DNA of 64,000 nt from Macrostomum lignano (taxonomy: Eukaryota): assembly GCA_002269645.1 (NCBI GenBank), contig NIVC01000981.1, positions 124,001-188,000 of the forward strand, written 5' to 3'. This document shows, one piece after another, positions 24,145 through 38,580 of the stretch; positions within the stretch are counted from its first letter, which is position 1, and each line of letters opens with the position of its first letter. The position numbers and the translations under genes are program-made. The notes below the pieces were generated by a model. The model was not told the origin of the DNA. It saw nothing but the letters and a program-made list of their open reading frames with translations, and searched no databases.

Positions 24145-25890
24145 CAGCATCAGCTCCAACATTCCAGCATCATCCCCAAAATTCCAGCATCATCTTCAAC
24201 ATTCCAGCATCCTCTCCAACATTTCAGCATCCTCTCCAACATTTCAGCATCATCTTCAACATTCCAGCATCACCTCCAACATTTCAGCATCATCTTCAAC
24301 ATTCCAGCATCCTCTCCAACATTCAAGCATCCTCTCCAAAATTCCAGCATCATCTCCAAAATTCCAGCATCATCTCCAACATTCCAGCATCATCTCAAAC
24401 ATTCCAGCATCCTCTCCAAAATTCCAGCATCATCTCCAAAATTCCAGCATCCTCTCCAACATTTCAGCATCACCTCCAACATTCCAGCATCATCTCCAAC
24501 ATTCCAGCATCCTCTCCAACATTCCAGCATCCTCTCCAACATTCCAGCATCATCTCCAAAATTCCAGCATCATCTCAAACATTCCAGCATCATCTCCAAA
24601 ATTCCAGCATCATCTCAAACATTCCAGCATCATCTCCAAAATTCCAGCATCATCTCCAACTTTCCAGCATCATCTCCAACATTCCAGCATCACCTCCAAC
24701 ATTCCAGCATCCTCGCCAACATTCCAGCATCATCTTCAACATTCCAGCATCCTCTCCAACATTCCAGCATCACCTCCAACATTCCAGCATCACCTCCAAC
24801 ATTTCAGCATCCTCTCCAACATTCCAGAATCATCTCCAACATTCCAGCATCCTCTCCAATATTCCAGAATCATCTCCAACATTCCAGCATCCTCTCCAAC
24901 ATTCCAGCATCATCTCCAACATTCCAGCATCATCTCAAACATTCCAGCATCCTCTCCAAAATTCCAGCATCATCTCCAAAATTCCAGCATCACCTCCAAC
25001 ATTCCAGCATCCTCTCCAACATTTCAGCATCACCTCCAACATTCCAGCATCATCTCCAACATTCCAGCATCCTCTCCAACATTCCAGCATCCTCTCCAAC
25101 ATTCCAGCATCATCTCAAACATTCCAGCATCATCTCCAAAATTCCAGCATCATCTCAAACATTCCAGCATCATCTCCAAAATTCCAGCATCATCTCAAAC
25201 ATTCCAGCATCATCTCCAAAATTCCAGCATCATCTCCAACTTTCCAGCATCATCTCCAACATTCCAGCATCACCTCCAACATTCCAGCATCCTCGCCAAC
25301 ATTCCAGCATCATCTTCAACATTCCAGCATCCTCTCCAACATTCCAGCATCACCTCCAACATTCCAGCATCACCTCCAACATTTCAGCATCCTCTCCAAC
25401 ATTCCAGAATCATCTCCAACATTCCAGCATCCTCTCCAATATTCCAGAATCATCTCCAACATTCCAGCATCCTCTCCAACATTCCAGCATCATCTCCAAC
25501 ATTCCAGCATCATCTCAAACATTCCAGCATCATCTCCAAAATTCCAGCATCATCTCAAACATTCCAGCATCATCTCCAAAATTCCAGCATCATCTCCAAC
25601 TTTCCAGCATCATCTCCAACATTCCAGCATCACCTCCAACATTCCAGCATCCTCGCCAACATTCCAGCATCATCTTCAACATTCCAGCATCCTCTCCAAC
25701 ATTCCAGCATCACCTCCAACATTCCAGCATCACCTCCAACATTTCAGCATCCTCTCCAACATTCCAGAATCATCTCCAACATTCCAGCATCCTCTCCAAT
25801 ATTCCAGAATCATCTCCAACATTCCAGCATCCTCTCCAACATTCCAGCATCATCTCCAACATTTCAGCATCCTCTCCAACATTCCAGCAC
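24145..25890. repeat. 20-bp minisatellite (ATTCCAGCATCATCTCCAAC)
   Basis: Exact 20-bp phase maintained over ~1.75 kb. Confidence 0.95.
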
Positions 25891-26437
25891 AACCAAGGAA
25901 AATGTTGCACATTTTGCAGACTTCTGAGCACTCTATACTATATGCACGCGTGTACACACGTTCACACGGTGTGTACACTGGCCCTTTGCGGCTCGAAGGA
26001 CAAAGCCTCACCCCACCACCGCTGCCAAAACTTCGTGCACACCAGCCCCAAATAAATGTGGTTCTACACGTGGAATTGAACCAAGGCTTTTGGTGTGGCA
26101 CAAGAATTAAGACGCGCTTACTCAACCTATCAAAACTTCTTCAGAATCTGACTATAAAATTTGATAAATACAACGTAAAAGAGGCCAGAATTTAGAATTT
26201 AAAACTATTAAACTTGACAACAGTTAATAAATATAACCAACTTTCCATTCCCAACAAACAATGAAGTACATGAAGTATATAGTGAAATTTTCAATAATCA
26301 AAACGCATTTATATATATAGGGGCCTAGGGCAATTTCTGAAAAGACAACTTCAAGCAAGACGCAAGCCACAGAAAAAGGCAATCATTTTGCTTTCAATCT
26401 GTCTGTCCAAACTGAGAGTCTGCACGTGATTGTTGAA

Positions 26438-26600
26438 TCACTGCGTTCTCAGTTGATATTCTCCATTCTGAGTGATATAGCGCACCCAGGGCAGCGCTTG
26501 GTAGCCGCTCTTCTCTATGATCTTCAGGTAGCGCACCTGGCGGGCAGGTTCGGGTTTGAACGAATGCTGAGATTAGGTGGTGAGATTTAAAGCTTCTTAG

Positions 26601-26653
<53 letters not shown>

Positions 26654-26673
26654 TTCTGCCTGTTTGTCTATCC

Positions 26674-26765
<92 letters not shown>

Positions 26766-26785
26766 TTCTGCCTGTTTGTCTATCC

Positions 26786-26836
<51 letters not shown>

Positions 26837-26837
26837 C

Positions 26838-26876
<39 letters not shown>

Positions 26877-26881
26877 AGTCA

Positions 26882-26920
<39 letters not shown>

Positions 26921-27002
26921 CGTCTGTCTGTCTGTCTGTCTGTCTGCCTGTCTTTCTGTCTGTCTATCCGTCTGTCTGTCTGTCTGTCTGCCTGTTTGTC
27001 TA

Positions 27003-27039
<37 letters not shown>

Positions 27040-30000
27040 GTGTGTGTGTGTGTCTGTCTGTCTGTCTGTCTGTCTATCTGTCTGTCTGTCTATCAGTCTG
27101 CCTGTCTGTCTGTCTGTCTGTCTGCCTTACATATAGCACACATCAGTGAAAAATATCTCACCTGAATGCCAGACACAGTAAAATATGGGATCTCGAATTT
27201 CACGGCAATCGGCGGCTTCCCATTGCTCTCATCGGTGTCAACCGTAGGCAGTCCAAAATGCGCCCTCATAATGAACTCCTTGCCGCCAGGGAATGCTTTG
27301 ATGCTCCACACCAGAGAGCTGCTCTCGGGCTGGTAGCGGCAGCTGCCCACCGTAGTCTGCGGGGATGGTTGAATTACGTCCATTTGTTCATTGTCTCACA
27401 TGTTCGACTTGACCTTCATTTGTCCCTTTTCGTTTTCAACTTGACTTTATTTTTCTTCCTTAGACTTGAATCCAATTAACTTTCATTTTTTCCTTAGATT
27501 TGATTCCAAATAACCTTCATTTGTTTATTACTTTCGCATTTAATATGAACCTCATTTGTTCCTTAGATTTGGAATCCAAATAACCTTAATTTCCTTTAGT
27601 TTCGTATTCAACTTGATCTTTATTTGCTTCTTAGCTTTGCATCTATAAATCAAAAACAAGAAACATACTAATGATTCTGTAGAAACTTCGAAATGCTTTT
27701 CTAAATACTTATAAACTTTAACAAACTACTGTTGAGTAGAAAGCCAAAAGCCAACCTTGAACTTTGGCGAGTCAACATCGGCAGGCACAGGAATGATGAT
27801 GTCCACATTGTTTGCCGTGCTGCGTCGCTTGAACTGGCTTTTAGCCTGCGAGAGTAGAATGGCGATGACTTAGACATAGATAAGCTTGGATTATTGTTTC
27901 GACAGATTGCAAGGCTGCTTTGTTGACTTTTATACGAGTAGTGGGTTCTATTGTCAGATTAGTAGTAAACTAACACTTCTTAAATTCAAACAAATACTAC
28001 GAGTTTAGTAGATTAGACTACCCTATTGCGGTATATTCTGCTAGCCCAATCAAAAGATTCTACTAACCCATCGGTAGATTCTACTAACCCATCGGTAGAG
28101 TCTACTAACGCATCGGTAGAGTCTACTAACGCATCGGTAGAGTCTACTAACGCATCATTAGAGTCTACTAACGCATCGGTAGAGTCTACTAACCCATCGG
28201 TAGATTCTACTAACCCATCGGTAGAGTCTACTAACGCATCGGTAGAGTCTACTAACGCATCATTAGAGTCTACTAACGCATCGGTAGAGTCTACTAACCC
28301 ATCGGTAGAGTCTACTAATGCATCATTAGAGTCTACTAACGCATCGGTAGAGTCTACTAACCCATCGGTAGATTCTACTAACCCATCGGTAGAGTCTACT
28401 AACCCATCGGTAGATTCTACTAGCCCATCGGTAGAGCCTACTAACCTATCGGTAGAGTCTACTAACGCATCGGTAGAGTCTACTAACCAATCGGTGGATT
28501 CTACTAACCCATCGGTAGATTCTACTAACCCATCGGTAGAGTCTACTAACCCATCGGTAGAGTCTACTAACCCATCGGTAGATTCTACTAGCCCATCGGT
28601 AGAGTCTACTAACCCATCGGTAGATTCTACTAACGCATCGGTAGAGTCTACTAACCCATCGGTAGAGTCTACTAACCCATCGGTAGAGTCTACTAACCCA
28701 TCGGTAGAGTCTACTAACCCAGCGGTAGAGTCTACTAACCCATCGGTGGATTCTACTAACCCATCGGTAGAGTCTACTAACCCATCGGTGGATTCTAATA
28801 ACCCATCGGTGGATTCTACTAACGCATCGGTAGAGTCTACTAACCCATCGGTGGATTCTAATAACCCATCGGTGGATTCTACTAACGCATCGGTAGAGTC
28901 TACTAACCAATCGGTGGATTCTACTCACCCATCGGTATAGTCAAACGCCAATAGATCAAACTCAGCTCACCTTGATCATGTACTCGACTCGACTATGCGC
29001 GTGACGTTCCGCGGCGCATTCAACCCAGATTAGCGGCTTAACCTGAGTATTAAGCCGGTAGGACATCAGCTCAAAGTCACCGTCGGGCGGTATAAAAGAG
29101 ATCGTACGGTCGTTTTCGAACCTTGACAGACGGACGCACTGATGGAATTTGACGTCCTCCAATTCGACAGATTTGCTCTTGCCTCCTGAAAAAATGAAGA
29201 AATGACGAGTATTTAGGATTGAATATGCGAATCCTGCTACTAAATTAATAAGTAAAATAAATAACATTCCATTTTTGCGAATTCAGCTACTTAGTAAGTA
29301 GTGTAATTAGACACTATTTTGTGGATTTAAAATTCGAATTCAGCTACTTAGTAAGTAGTGTAAATAGACACACTATTTTGTGGATATAGAATGCGAATTC
29401 ATCTACTAAGTTAAGTAGTGTCGCTGACATACAATTTTCTCAATTTTCAAAGATAATGAAAAAATCAAACAACTTACTTCCAGTAGCATCGAACAGAACT
29501 TTATCGTTGAGACCCAGCCTCAGTTCGGGCATTCCGCTCAGATAATCTCGCATACGAACGCTGCCAACAATTTCGCTGCGCAACACGTTGCCGCTAACGC
29601 TTACTAACAAATTGACGCTTTCGATAACGTCTAGGAAGACTTCGTTTTTGCGATATTTGATGCCCTCGGAGCGCCACGAGACAGCGTTAGTAACGGCTGG
29701 CGGCAGTTTCGGGGCCACCTCCAGCTTGTGGCTCTCCTGGGTGATGAACTCCTTGTTTTTGGGGAATTTAAAAAGTCAATTATGGGATTTCTATAATTAA
29801 AACGGAGATTCGGATATTAAAAGTAATTAGTAGGGATTAAACTATTCAATTCAAAATTAAATTGTAACTATTGGAAGATGTCAATAGTTAATGGGTAGCG
29901 AATAAGAGATTTTTGAAAACTCTTTTGAGATATCATACATTTGTAATTAATTAGCAGGGATTTGAAAATATCGATAAATGATTAGTAGGGTTAAGATACT

Positions 30001-31357
30001 GATAATTAATTTGTATGTTTGAGATAACGATAATTAAGTAGTAAGGTCAAGATACCGATAATTATCTAGTAGGAATTGGGACATCGATAATACATTAGTA
30101 GGGTTTGGATATCGATAATTAATTAGTAGGGTCGAGACATTGATAATTAATTAGTAAACTTGGGATATCAATAATTAATTGGTTGGGTTGAGATATCGAT
30201 AATTAATTAGTAAACTTTGGATATTAATAATTAATTAGTAGGGCCGGGATATCGATAATTAATTGGTAGGTTTGGGATATCGATAATTATTTGGTAGGGT
30301 CGGGATATCGATAATTATTTGGTAGGGTCGGGATATCGATAATTATATGGTAGGTTTGGGATATCGATAATTATTTGGTAGGGTCGGGATATCGATAATT
30401 ATATGGTAGGTTTGGGATATCGATAATTATTTGGTAGGTTTGGGATATCGATAATTAATTGGTAGGTTTGGGATATCGATAATTATTTGGTAGGGTCGGG
30501 ATATCGATAATTATTTGGTAGGGTCGGGATATCGATAATTATTTGGTAGGGTCGGGATATCGATAATTATATGGTAGGTTTGGGATATCGATAATTTTTT
30601 GGTAGGTTTGGGATATCGATAATTATTTGGTAGGTTTGGGATATCGATAATTATATGGTAGGTTTGGGATATCGATAATTATTTGGTAGGGTCGGGATAT
30701 CGATAATTATATGGTAGGTTTGGGATATCGATAATTATATGGTAGGTTTGGGATATCGATAATTATTTGGTAGGCTTGGGATATTGATAATTATTTGGTA
30801 GGTTTTAAGATATCGACAATCAATTAGTAGGGTTGAGATATCGATAATTAATTAGTAGGCTTGAAACATCGATAAATAATGGATATCGATAAATAATTTG
30901 TAGGGATTAAGATTTTAATAATTATTTAGCGACAAGGTAAATCTCCCAAGCTAATCGTTACCTGCAGAATTCTCGTATCTGTAGTCTGCGGAAATCCAAA
31001 GTCCATAACCTCGTCGAGCAGTTCATACACAATCACAAAATTATCCCGAATGCTCTCTTCTTCAAGGTCTTTGAAGTACTCAACAAACACATCGGCAATT
31101 TTGTGCAGAAAGGTGAACACGAGACCGGCATTGGCATTCTTCCTAGTGGTGGCAACCAGGTAGACATTGTTATGCGAGATGTACATAAAATAGGCATCGT
31201 CACATGGCAGCACAGGCTGTACTGTGCCCTCTTCTTCTCGCTCAACCAATAGAGGCATGAATTTTTCAATAGTAGACATTGGCACATCGCCGCGATAATT
31301 CCTGCTAATTAACACCTTGCCCTTGGTGTCCAGGATGTAAATTGCCGAAGCGGACAT
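26438..31357 (-). CDS. AP1M1: AP-1 complex subunit mu-1 (mu1-adaptin), 422 aa, 6 exons
   Basis: Exons 30962-31357, 29478-29751, 28971-29185, 27756-27845, 27162-27356, 26438-26536 (1269 nt, in frame). Motifs MSASAIYILDTKGKVLISRNYRGD, VSWRSEGIKYRKNEVFLDVIES, FHQCVRLSRFENDRTISFIPPDG and YQALPWVRYITQNGEYQLR. Confidence 0.97.
26600..27125. repeat. (TCTG)n tetranucleotide microsatellite
   Basis: AP1M1 intron 5. Confidence 0.95.
28055..28935. repeat. 21-bp minisatellite (CTACTAACCCATCGGTAGAGT)
   Basis: AP1M1 intron 3. It explains the STNPSVE-repeat ORF. Confidence 0.95.
29985..30900. repeat. 28-bp minisatellite (GGGATATCGATAATTATTTGGTAGGGTC) with degenerate edges
   Basis: AP1M1 intron 1. Confidence 0.9.
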
Positions 31358-34300
31358 TGCGTTTGATTGGCATGCAATTTTTTGGTAAATAGAAAATACA
31401 TTTCCTGCATTTGGCTTTTGTTCACAGTGCTAAAATTGGACAAATTTACTAGTAGCACTACTCACAAGTAGCGGCATGATATTGATACTTGTGTATATCT
31501 TAATCAGTGGTGAGCAAACTCCGGCCTACAGGTTACATGCAGCCCATAAAGCCTCTCTATCAGGCACTAGGGTCCTTTGAGATTTTACAATGTTAGTGTA
31601 AAGTTTGAAGTAAAACTTTTGCCAACCCCTGGTCTCTATCAACCCTTACTTCCCCTGTTTGTCTTTATCTTGCATCTTTCAATCCTGGTACCATAGGTAC
31701 ATACTCCATTGCCATAGTTCATGGACTTCTAAAGCCTCACCAAGACATTACACATTGGCTAAGAAGAGATCATCATTTCCTTAGGCAAAATCTAGTGTGG
31801 GTTATTAGGGACAGGGTCTCTTTCCCTCCCAATCTATTCTTGTATATTGGAACTAAGGTATATATCAGCATTCTGATTTCCTCATTTTTTATCTGTATAA
31901 AGTCTGTGATTACTTCTGTCCTAAATATCTCATAATATTATCCTTTATTAAATGGACCCTCATTTAGTGCATTGGCCTATTTAACCTGATTGTATACATA
32001 CACCTATAAGAACTTTTTGCTCTCTACAAATACAAACTCATTTGGCACACAGTAGCTGCTGCCCACTTTAATACCTATATTAAAATAAATCCTAAATCAA
32101 GACTCATAATTTTCCTTAAAACTATAATCAAATGTATTATATAATATAAAATCATATATACACTACTCATTTAATATAATTTATTAAGTATTATAGGCAA
32201 CTTTTTTCGCAAAAAAGAAGCAAAAATCAAAGCCAATACTCTTTATATAGGTAGCAGTGCCCAAGACCCCAGATAGACCTCATTATTTAAACCTTCTTAC
32301 CCACAATATTTGTCATACCTTTGGTGGTTTTTTAGTTCTATTGTATAGATATTGTTTTGTCTTTCCAATATAAAAAAAAATTCTTTGTTAATTTTTTTTG
32401 ACAAATGCATTGAATGACAAATTCATAGTGACAGATAAAAACAATTTTTTAACATTTAGTTTTTTTTATTTTTTGCTTGCATAGATTGTCAATTCATGAT
32501 TCTTTTTATTTCATCTTGGTAGAATAGAATTGCAATGCAAGGGTTGATAAAAAGTTGCAGCCTAACACAGAAGCAGTTATCTTATATACCTTATGTTAGT
32601 TAGTCAATTCACTATATATTGAGAGTTTATTAACTCAATTTGAAGCATATTGGCTATATGAAAGACTTAAAAAAGCGTTTATTTTAGAAAAACATTTTTA
32701 ACATTTGCCATAAAAAATCAAGCATCACAATATCATCTAATATTTGCCACAGGAAATTCATTTTAACATGATGGCTACCTTTAGAGATGATACACCATCT
32801 TACACTATAGTTAAGAAATATTATATTACCTGGTATATTAATGTTATAAGAAATAAGGTTCAAGCATGAGAGAGAAAGTCTAGAAGATGATTATTAGCAT
32901 AGCCTGCAAGTCACCATAACAGAAATGGCAAACAGAATTCAAGACTTGCTGACCACCCAAGTAACTGAGTGCAAAGTGCTACATTGCTAACACTCTTGAT
33001 ATGTTATAAAAAATGCATGCCATCATTATACAACAATTGCTAATAAAAAGGTGACTATTTGGTAAGTGCCATGACTTCATACAAGAACAAATGCAGATCT
33101 AGCACACAATGAGCAAGCAGAATCTTTAGCTATTCTAGGCTGATCCTAGGCCCCACAGCAACAATTTTTTTTACTTTCCCATACTAGGATCAAATTCCTG
33201 TTTTTAATATAGCAATTAAAATCAAGATAGGCCTAAACACAATAGCCAAGACTTATAGAGTTCAACCATAGAAACATACAACAAGGCATGAACCTATATG
33301 TTTCCACTTTAGAAAAGCTGCTCAAGGTGCTCCATAGTGATGCTATAGTCATTGACCAGCAGAAGTGACTTAGTAAGTGGGTCTTGCAGCATTGCTTGAA
33401 TTTGAGCTACATGGTCTATTTGACTAGCAAGCTCATCACAATGTTTGTTGAAGAAGGTTTTCAACAAATCAATCTAATCCAAGATTTGCCTCACAACTAC
33501 AAGCTGCAACAATCTAATCTTGACAGGCCATAGAAATTTCAACATTTTTACTTTTAACAAATTAGCTAACTGGTTATATTTTTTTTATATTGGGACACTA
33601 ACAAAGCAGGTTGAATAGAATATAACAAAAGCAAATCCTTTAAGGAAGGGAATCAATGGCCTTCCTCTAGGCATTGTAAGCATGATAAGGGCTATATCCT
33701 CCAATGTCCAGCTAAGCTGCACCTTGATCCTAGACCAATTTTATACTATTAGCCATTGAACCACACATAATTTTGGCATAACAGTTTGACATAAGAGAAA
33801 CACAGTTGCTCATCTTTCTATGTTTGTCTACATATTTATTGTTCCTATTTATATCTGCAATTGTATTTTTGCATTTGTTGCATGGATAGTAAGTATGCCT
33901 AGCAAAACTATTTGAATCTCCCAACCTTAAAAATAGTAGATAACTATTGCTAGGTGACTTTGCCCCTTGTTGGCTACAAACAAGCAACAAAAATTAGGTT
34001 TTACTCATGAGCTTGTGTAGCTAAGCCTTATTGGTTTAGATAGATATGAATACTGTTTGTCAAAAGGTATAAAACTTTTTAGGAGAAAGTTTCATGGTTT
34101 TTGGAATAAAAGTAGGGTGTCCAGCGAGCCTATTTTTAGCATGTGCAAAACCGAAAAATGGTAAAAAAGTGGTATTCTTTAAATGAATGTAACTTTTTAA
34201 ATATGACAATGTTCTTATATTCATTAAAAAGAAGGCGAACAGATCTTTCAAACGACATATAGTTTACATGTTTAGAACATACCATTACAAAGATACAGAC

Positions 34301-37300
34301 TGTCAAACATTGTGTACATTTTTGTACATTTTCAAAACTGTGCCGAATTTGCTTGAAAATATGGGATCGGGAGGATTCGTTTTTTAGTAAATGAGTGCAT
34401 AACTGCTAAGAATGCTTGCACACTGAGTGTAGGTAACTTCCTGGAGGTCATTTTAAGTGAACTTTTTTGTTCAAAAATATGTACATGTACATCTACATGT
34501 ACATGTAAAATTTAAAATGGCCATAACTTTTGAATGGAAAGAGCAGCCACCCTAATTCTTTTTGCTACTTACTTTTAATGACAAAATAAAACATTTAGGC
34601 TAGACAGGATGGGTATAACTCTTGCCGCAGTGTGCTTAATGGAAATCGCCAAAATACATGCAAATCCCCATAAGGAACATAAAAATTGGGAAATTTTTGA
34701 AGCTCGAAAGAATGGCCAGTTAGTTTCTTTGATAAAATGATAGCAAAAGAGGCCAAACTCTTTGTCCTAAAGGCACATCCTGATAGCTTTTGCTGCACCA
34801 AAGTTATTAAGCATAATTGGCACAGGTGTACATGCAAAATACACTACAGAGATAGGAAAAATGTACATTGAGGGGTTGCGCATTCGAAAAGAAGTCATAT
34901 ATGCAATTTTTTTTAAAACGATAGCAGGACTTAGGATATACTTTATCTTTTATGCATTTCTTACTAATCCATCCTTTACTTGCAGATCTTGCAGATGCCA
35001 GACACGCTGCACCTACATGTATACAGTATCTGCTATGAGTGCTTGACAATCTCATGGTGTAGCTTTCTACACAGTCGCCTCTGATCATTCCAGCTGGGCC
35101 CGAAGATTGCGCTTCAAAGCTTCTTGAAGGCCTGCATCGGCGCCCCTCTTCTCTAAAGGGGACGAGGCAACAGCAGCAGCAGAGAAATGTTGGCAAACTG
35201 GCGTGCTGGAAGTCGACTCTGGCGCAGTTGCAGCTGGGACCACTGCAGGAAAGACAAGTGCCTGGTCCATGTAGATGGCCCAGGGACTCTGCTTGCCAGC
35301 AGCTTTCTTGCGCACCTTTGACCTCAAGAGGTCCCGCATTTTTTCCTTCACTTTCATTACTGCCTGCCACAGCCACATGTTATAAAGTTATAAAGTATGT
35401 CTGGTTCAGTGTATACAGACAGACTGATACATTCTGCCAAGCTAATTAATACAGTATTAAAGCTGAGTAAAAGCTGAGCTGATTAAAAGGGTTCTCAGTC
35501 TCCCCCAGTCAATTCAGCTTCTGACAGACAAACTGACTGGGAATGAAAAAGGGAGCAGACAAATTGACTGTCATACTCTCATAATGTACATGTACATATA
35601 CAATGTAATCACGCTGTGTATTGTACTGCCCCAAGATTGTTAGATTAGCTACAAGCGAGTCACCAATGCGACACTTTATCGCCGAACTGGTGTCCGTCTT
35701 AGCAAATTGTTGTTGCGCAGTTGGCGACTCCAGTCTCCAGCTGCCAGGCCATGTCAACCAAGCCGATTCCTATTGCCCGCAGCTGGTGCTGATGCTGTAG
35801 GCACCTTAATACTGGAGATGAAAGGCACGCACTCACATTTTATTGACTGCCTGCCAGCTGATGCAGCTGACACCCTTGACACTGCCAATGATGCGACCTA
35901 TACATTTGTGTCAAAGCCCTGAAACCCACCCTGTAACATTGTCTCATGCCTGACTGGCTTGACTGTAGTAGCTACAGTTGTAGTACTGTAGTAGATTCAT
36001 AGTACAATGAGAAGACCAGCACAGTAGACAAAATGCTCATTCAGATATTTGCTGACAAGCTGACTTCAGATGAAGTGGTAGCAGACAAATTGACTGGATT
36101 ACAATGGAAAGCTATTGTGCTGAAAAGTGGACACAGTGAACAAGTAAATGAATCAAATAATGCAGGTAACCTGTAAAAGTAGATTCAATTACTGAATTCG
36201 GGCATGGCCTTTTCAAACATGAAAGTACATGATTTAGTAACATATTACTTAGTAAAGCATTGATTCATTACAATTGTCAGATGGACTACAAAAAAAGTTT
36301 TTAATGACTTCAGCATGAAGATAGAAGATTAAGATTGTCAGGAGCTACATCAATTTTTAGACAACCAGAGTGATACTTTAGAAGACCCATTTTCATGGAA
36401 ATAATGGTCAACTTTTTGCATACTTCTTACAGTAGAAAGTCAAAAATCTTACTAATTATAGTATTACTTCAACATGAAAGTAATACAAATTAAGGTTTAT
36501 AGAAAGAATACCATGATAAAGCCAAAAAGTGGTACTCTAGAAAAAATTTTCTTCCCCTTTTGTCTTAATCCCTAGATATCTGCTTATAAAGAATAGTATA
36601 TATGTACAAAATATTAGAAAATGTTATGGTAACAAAAATCTACAAACTAACACCTTAAACACTAAAATCGGTTATGAAGTAAAAAAGTTACAGACATTTT
36701 ACTGCAAAAAACAAGCTTTTCTGAGATAGGAAAAAACACCATTTTTTAAACAAAAAACTTTATAACTTTTTTATTACTAGATCAATTTTCAAAAGTCTAG
36801 TATCATTTCACTCATAACATCCAGGGCTACAACATGGCCTAGTTAAAAATTCAAGTTTCACAAAAAATTTTCTTACTGGACCCCCTAATATAATAGAATC
36901 AGGGAACATTCTTTTTAAAGTTATATAATATGGGACATACTTTCAAACACCTTGTTTCTCTCAACAATATAGAGAACCTATAAAACCTCAAGTTCAATTA
37001 TATAACAAAATAGGTAAACTTGATATTATTAGGTTTATTTTAAAATTCCTATAGACACTTTAAAAAAACTCTACTTTCCTGTTTCCTATACATAGAATTC
37101 CTGCAAATGTGGGAATTCCTGTAGCATGGTAGTCCCTGGCTAATCGCAATTGATTTCAACAGCATTTGGTAATAGTAGGCCTGTAGGGGCCTAGATAGGC
37201 CTAAACATGCACAACCTCCAAAATTTGGTCAGCTATGCAACTTAGTTTTAACAAAAAATGTGATGTAGTTTTAGGCCAAAAATATGACTTACATGTAAAA

Positions 37301-38457
37301 GAAACCCTAAAGCAAAATTAATGCAACTTTGGGTAAATGGCAGGAGTAACTATGATTGTCTTATTAAGGCAAAATGTCTCATTAGCTTACTACATCTACT
37401 TGGGTATTTATTTGGGTGGGCATTTTTGCGATTTACCTTGGTTGGCCACCAACCAAATTGGTCGGCTAGATCAGCCAACTCGGCTGACTGTTGCGCATGT
37501 ATGACAGTGGACAAAACATAGGCCCTAAGTTTATCAATTCTATCCAGAATCCAACCCCAAGCAGCAGTAAAAGCAATAGAAGGTACCATACGTCCATACC
37601 AAGGGAACTAATAGGGCCTTCCAAGGAAGGCAAAGGCTGGCCAGTCAGCAGGAAGGTGATCACCATAGAAGTAGGCTGCTATTGCAAGATAATACATAGA
37701 ACCTAGTAGAGTTCGACCGGGATCCCGATCCCGATCCCAACTTGGTTCTTGGTTGGGACCCGGTGTTTTTTCAGATTGCCGACCATGTCGGGAGTAAGTG
37801 TCAGGAGTCGGGAAAAGTTAGGCGGGATTATAAAAGGTTTTTTAATTTTAGGTATACCCGAAAAATCGCTTAGAAGCAATTTTGAAAGGACTAAATGAGG
37901 CAAGTATGGCAGTATGCCGAACTGATTCGTTTATTTAGTTCGAGCCTTCGGTTCGAGGTTATTTTTGATTTCCTAGAATATCTTCAGTTAAATGAATTAA
38001 TTAAGTTACTCAAACAAAAAGTAATTAAAAAGCCCAATTTTGTACTAAAAGTATTATTTGATAATCTTTAATTATTGGAAATACTAACAAAATGAAAATT
38101 ACGAAGTTTAGTGAAAAAATATGACAATAGTCAAATAGGTTGAGGTTTGAAAATCAAGAACTACCGAATTTTCTTTCTACTCGACTGCTCATGCAACAAA
38201 ACTTGACTTGAATACTCAGTTCGAACTCCCAAAGTTTGGTCACTTGACTTGACCAAAACCTGAGTTTGTCTGGCCTCTACGATCTAGTAGTAAGTAGGGC
38301 CTACTAACTTATACTAAGCTACAAACAAGTTAGGCTAGTATAGTAATATTAATAATAATATCGCTTGACTACTAATAGGCCTACTAATAAATACATGTGC
38401 CTATTTATTATAATAATAAATGGATCCTTACTTCCATACATGCTCAACCTTGGAAAT

Positions 38458-38580
38458 CACTCGGCCGTTTCTATTGGCAACACACACATGTAAGTCGCTA
38501 TTGGCTGAGAGCAGTCACGTGACTATTATTCCGTCCAATTGCGACTTACATGTGGTGTTGCCAATAGAAACGGCCGGGTG
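38458..38580. mobile_element. 123-bp foldback MITE with CAC...GTG ends and AAT TSD
   Basis: ~46-bp inverted arms (CACTCGGCCGTTTCTATTGGCAACAC... versus ...GTGTTGCCAATAGAAACGGCCGGGTG). AAT at 38455-38457 and 38581-38583. Confidence 0.75.

Noticed and set aside
25950-25978. GTGTACACAC...GTGTGTACAC hairpin
   Set aside because: A 10-bp low-complexity inverted repeat with no supporting context.
11189-31357. Functional cluster of membrane-trafficking genes (CHMP7, AP1M1)
   Set aside because: Two neighbours about 10 kb apart are expected by chance, and there is no evidence of co-transcription.
34595-35930. Short ORFs in the intergenic region as a gene or retroelement
   Set aside because: No recognisable motif or consistent splice model. 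It may be a very old TE relic, but that is unsupported.
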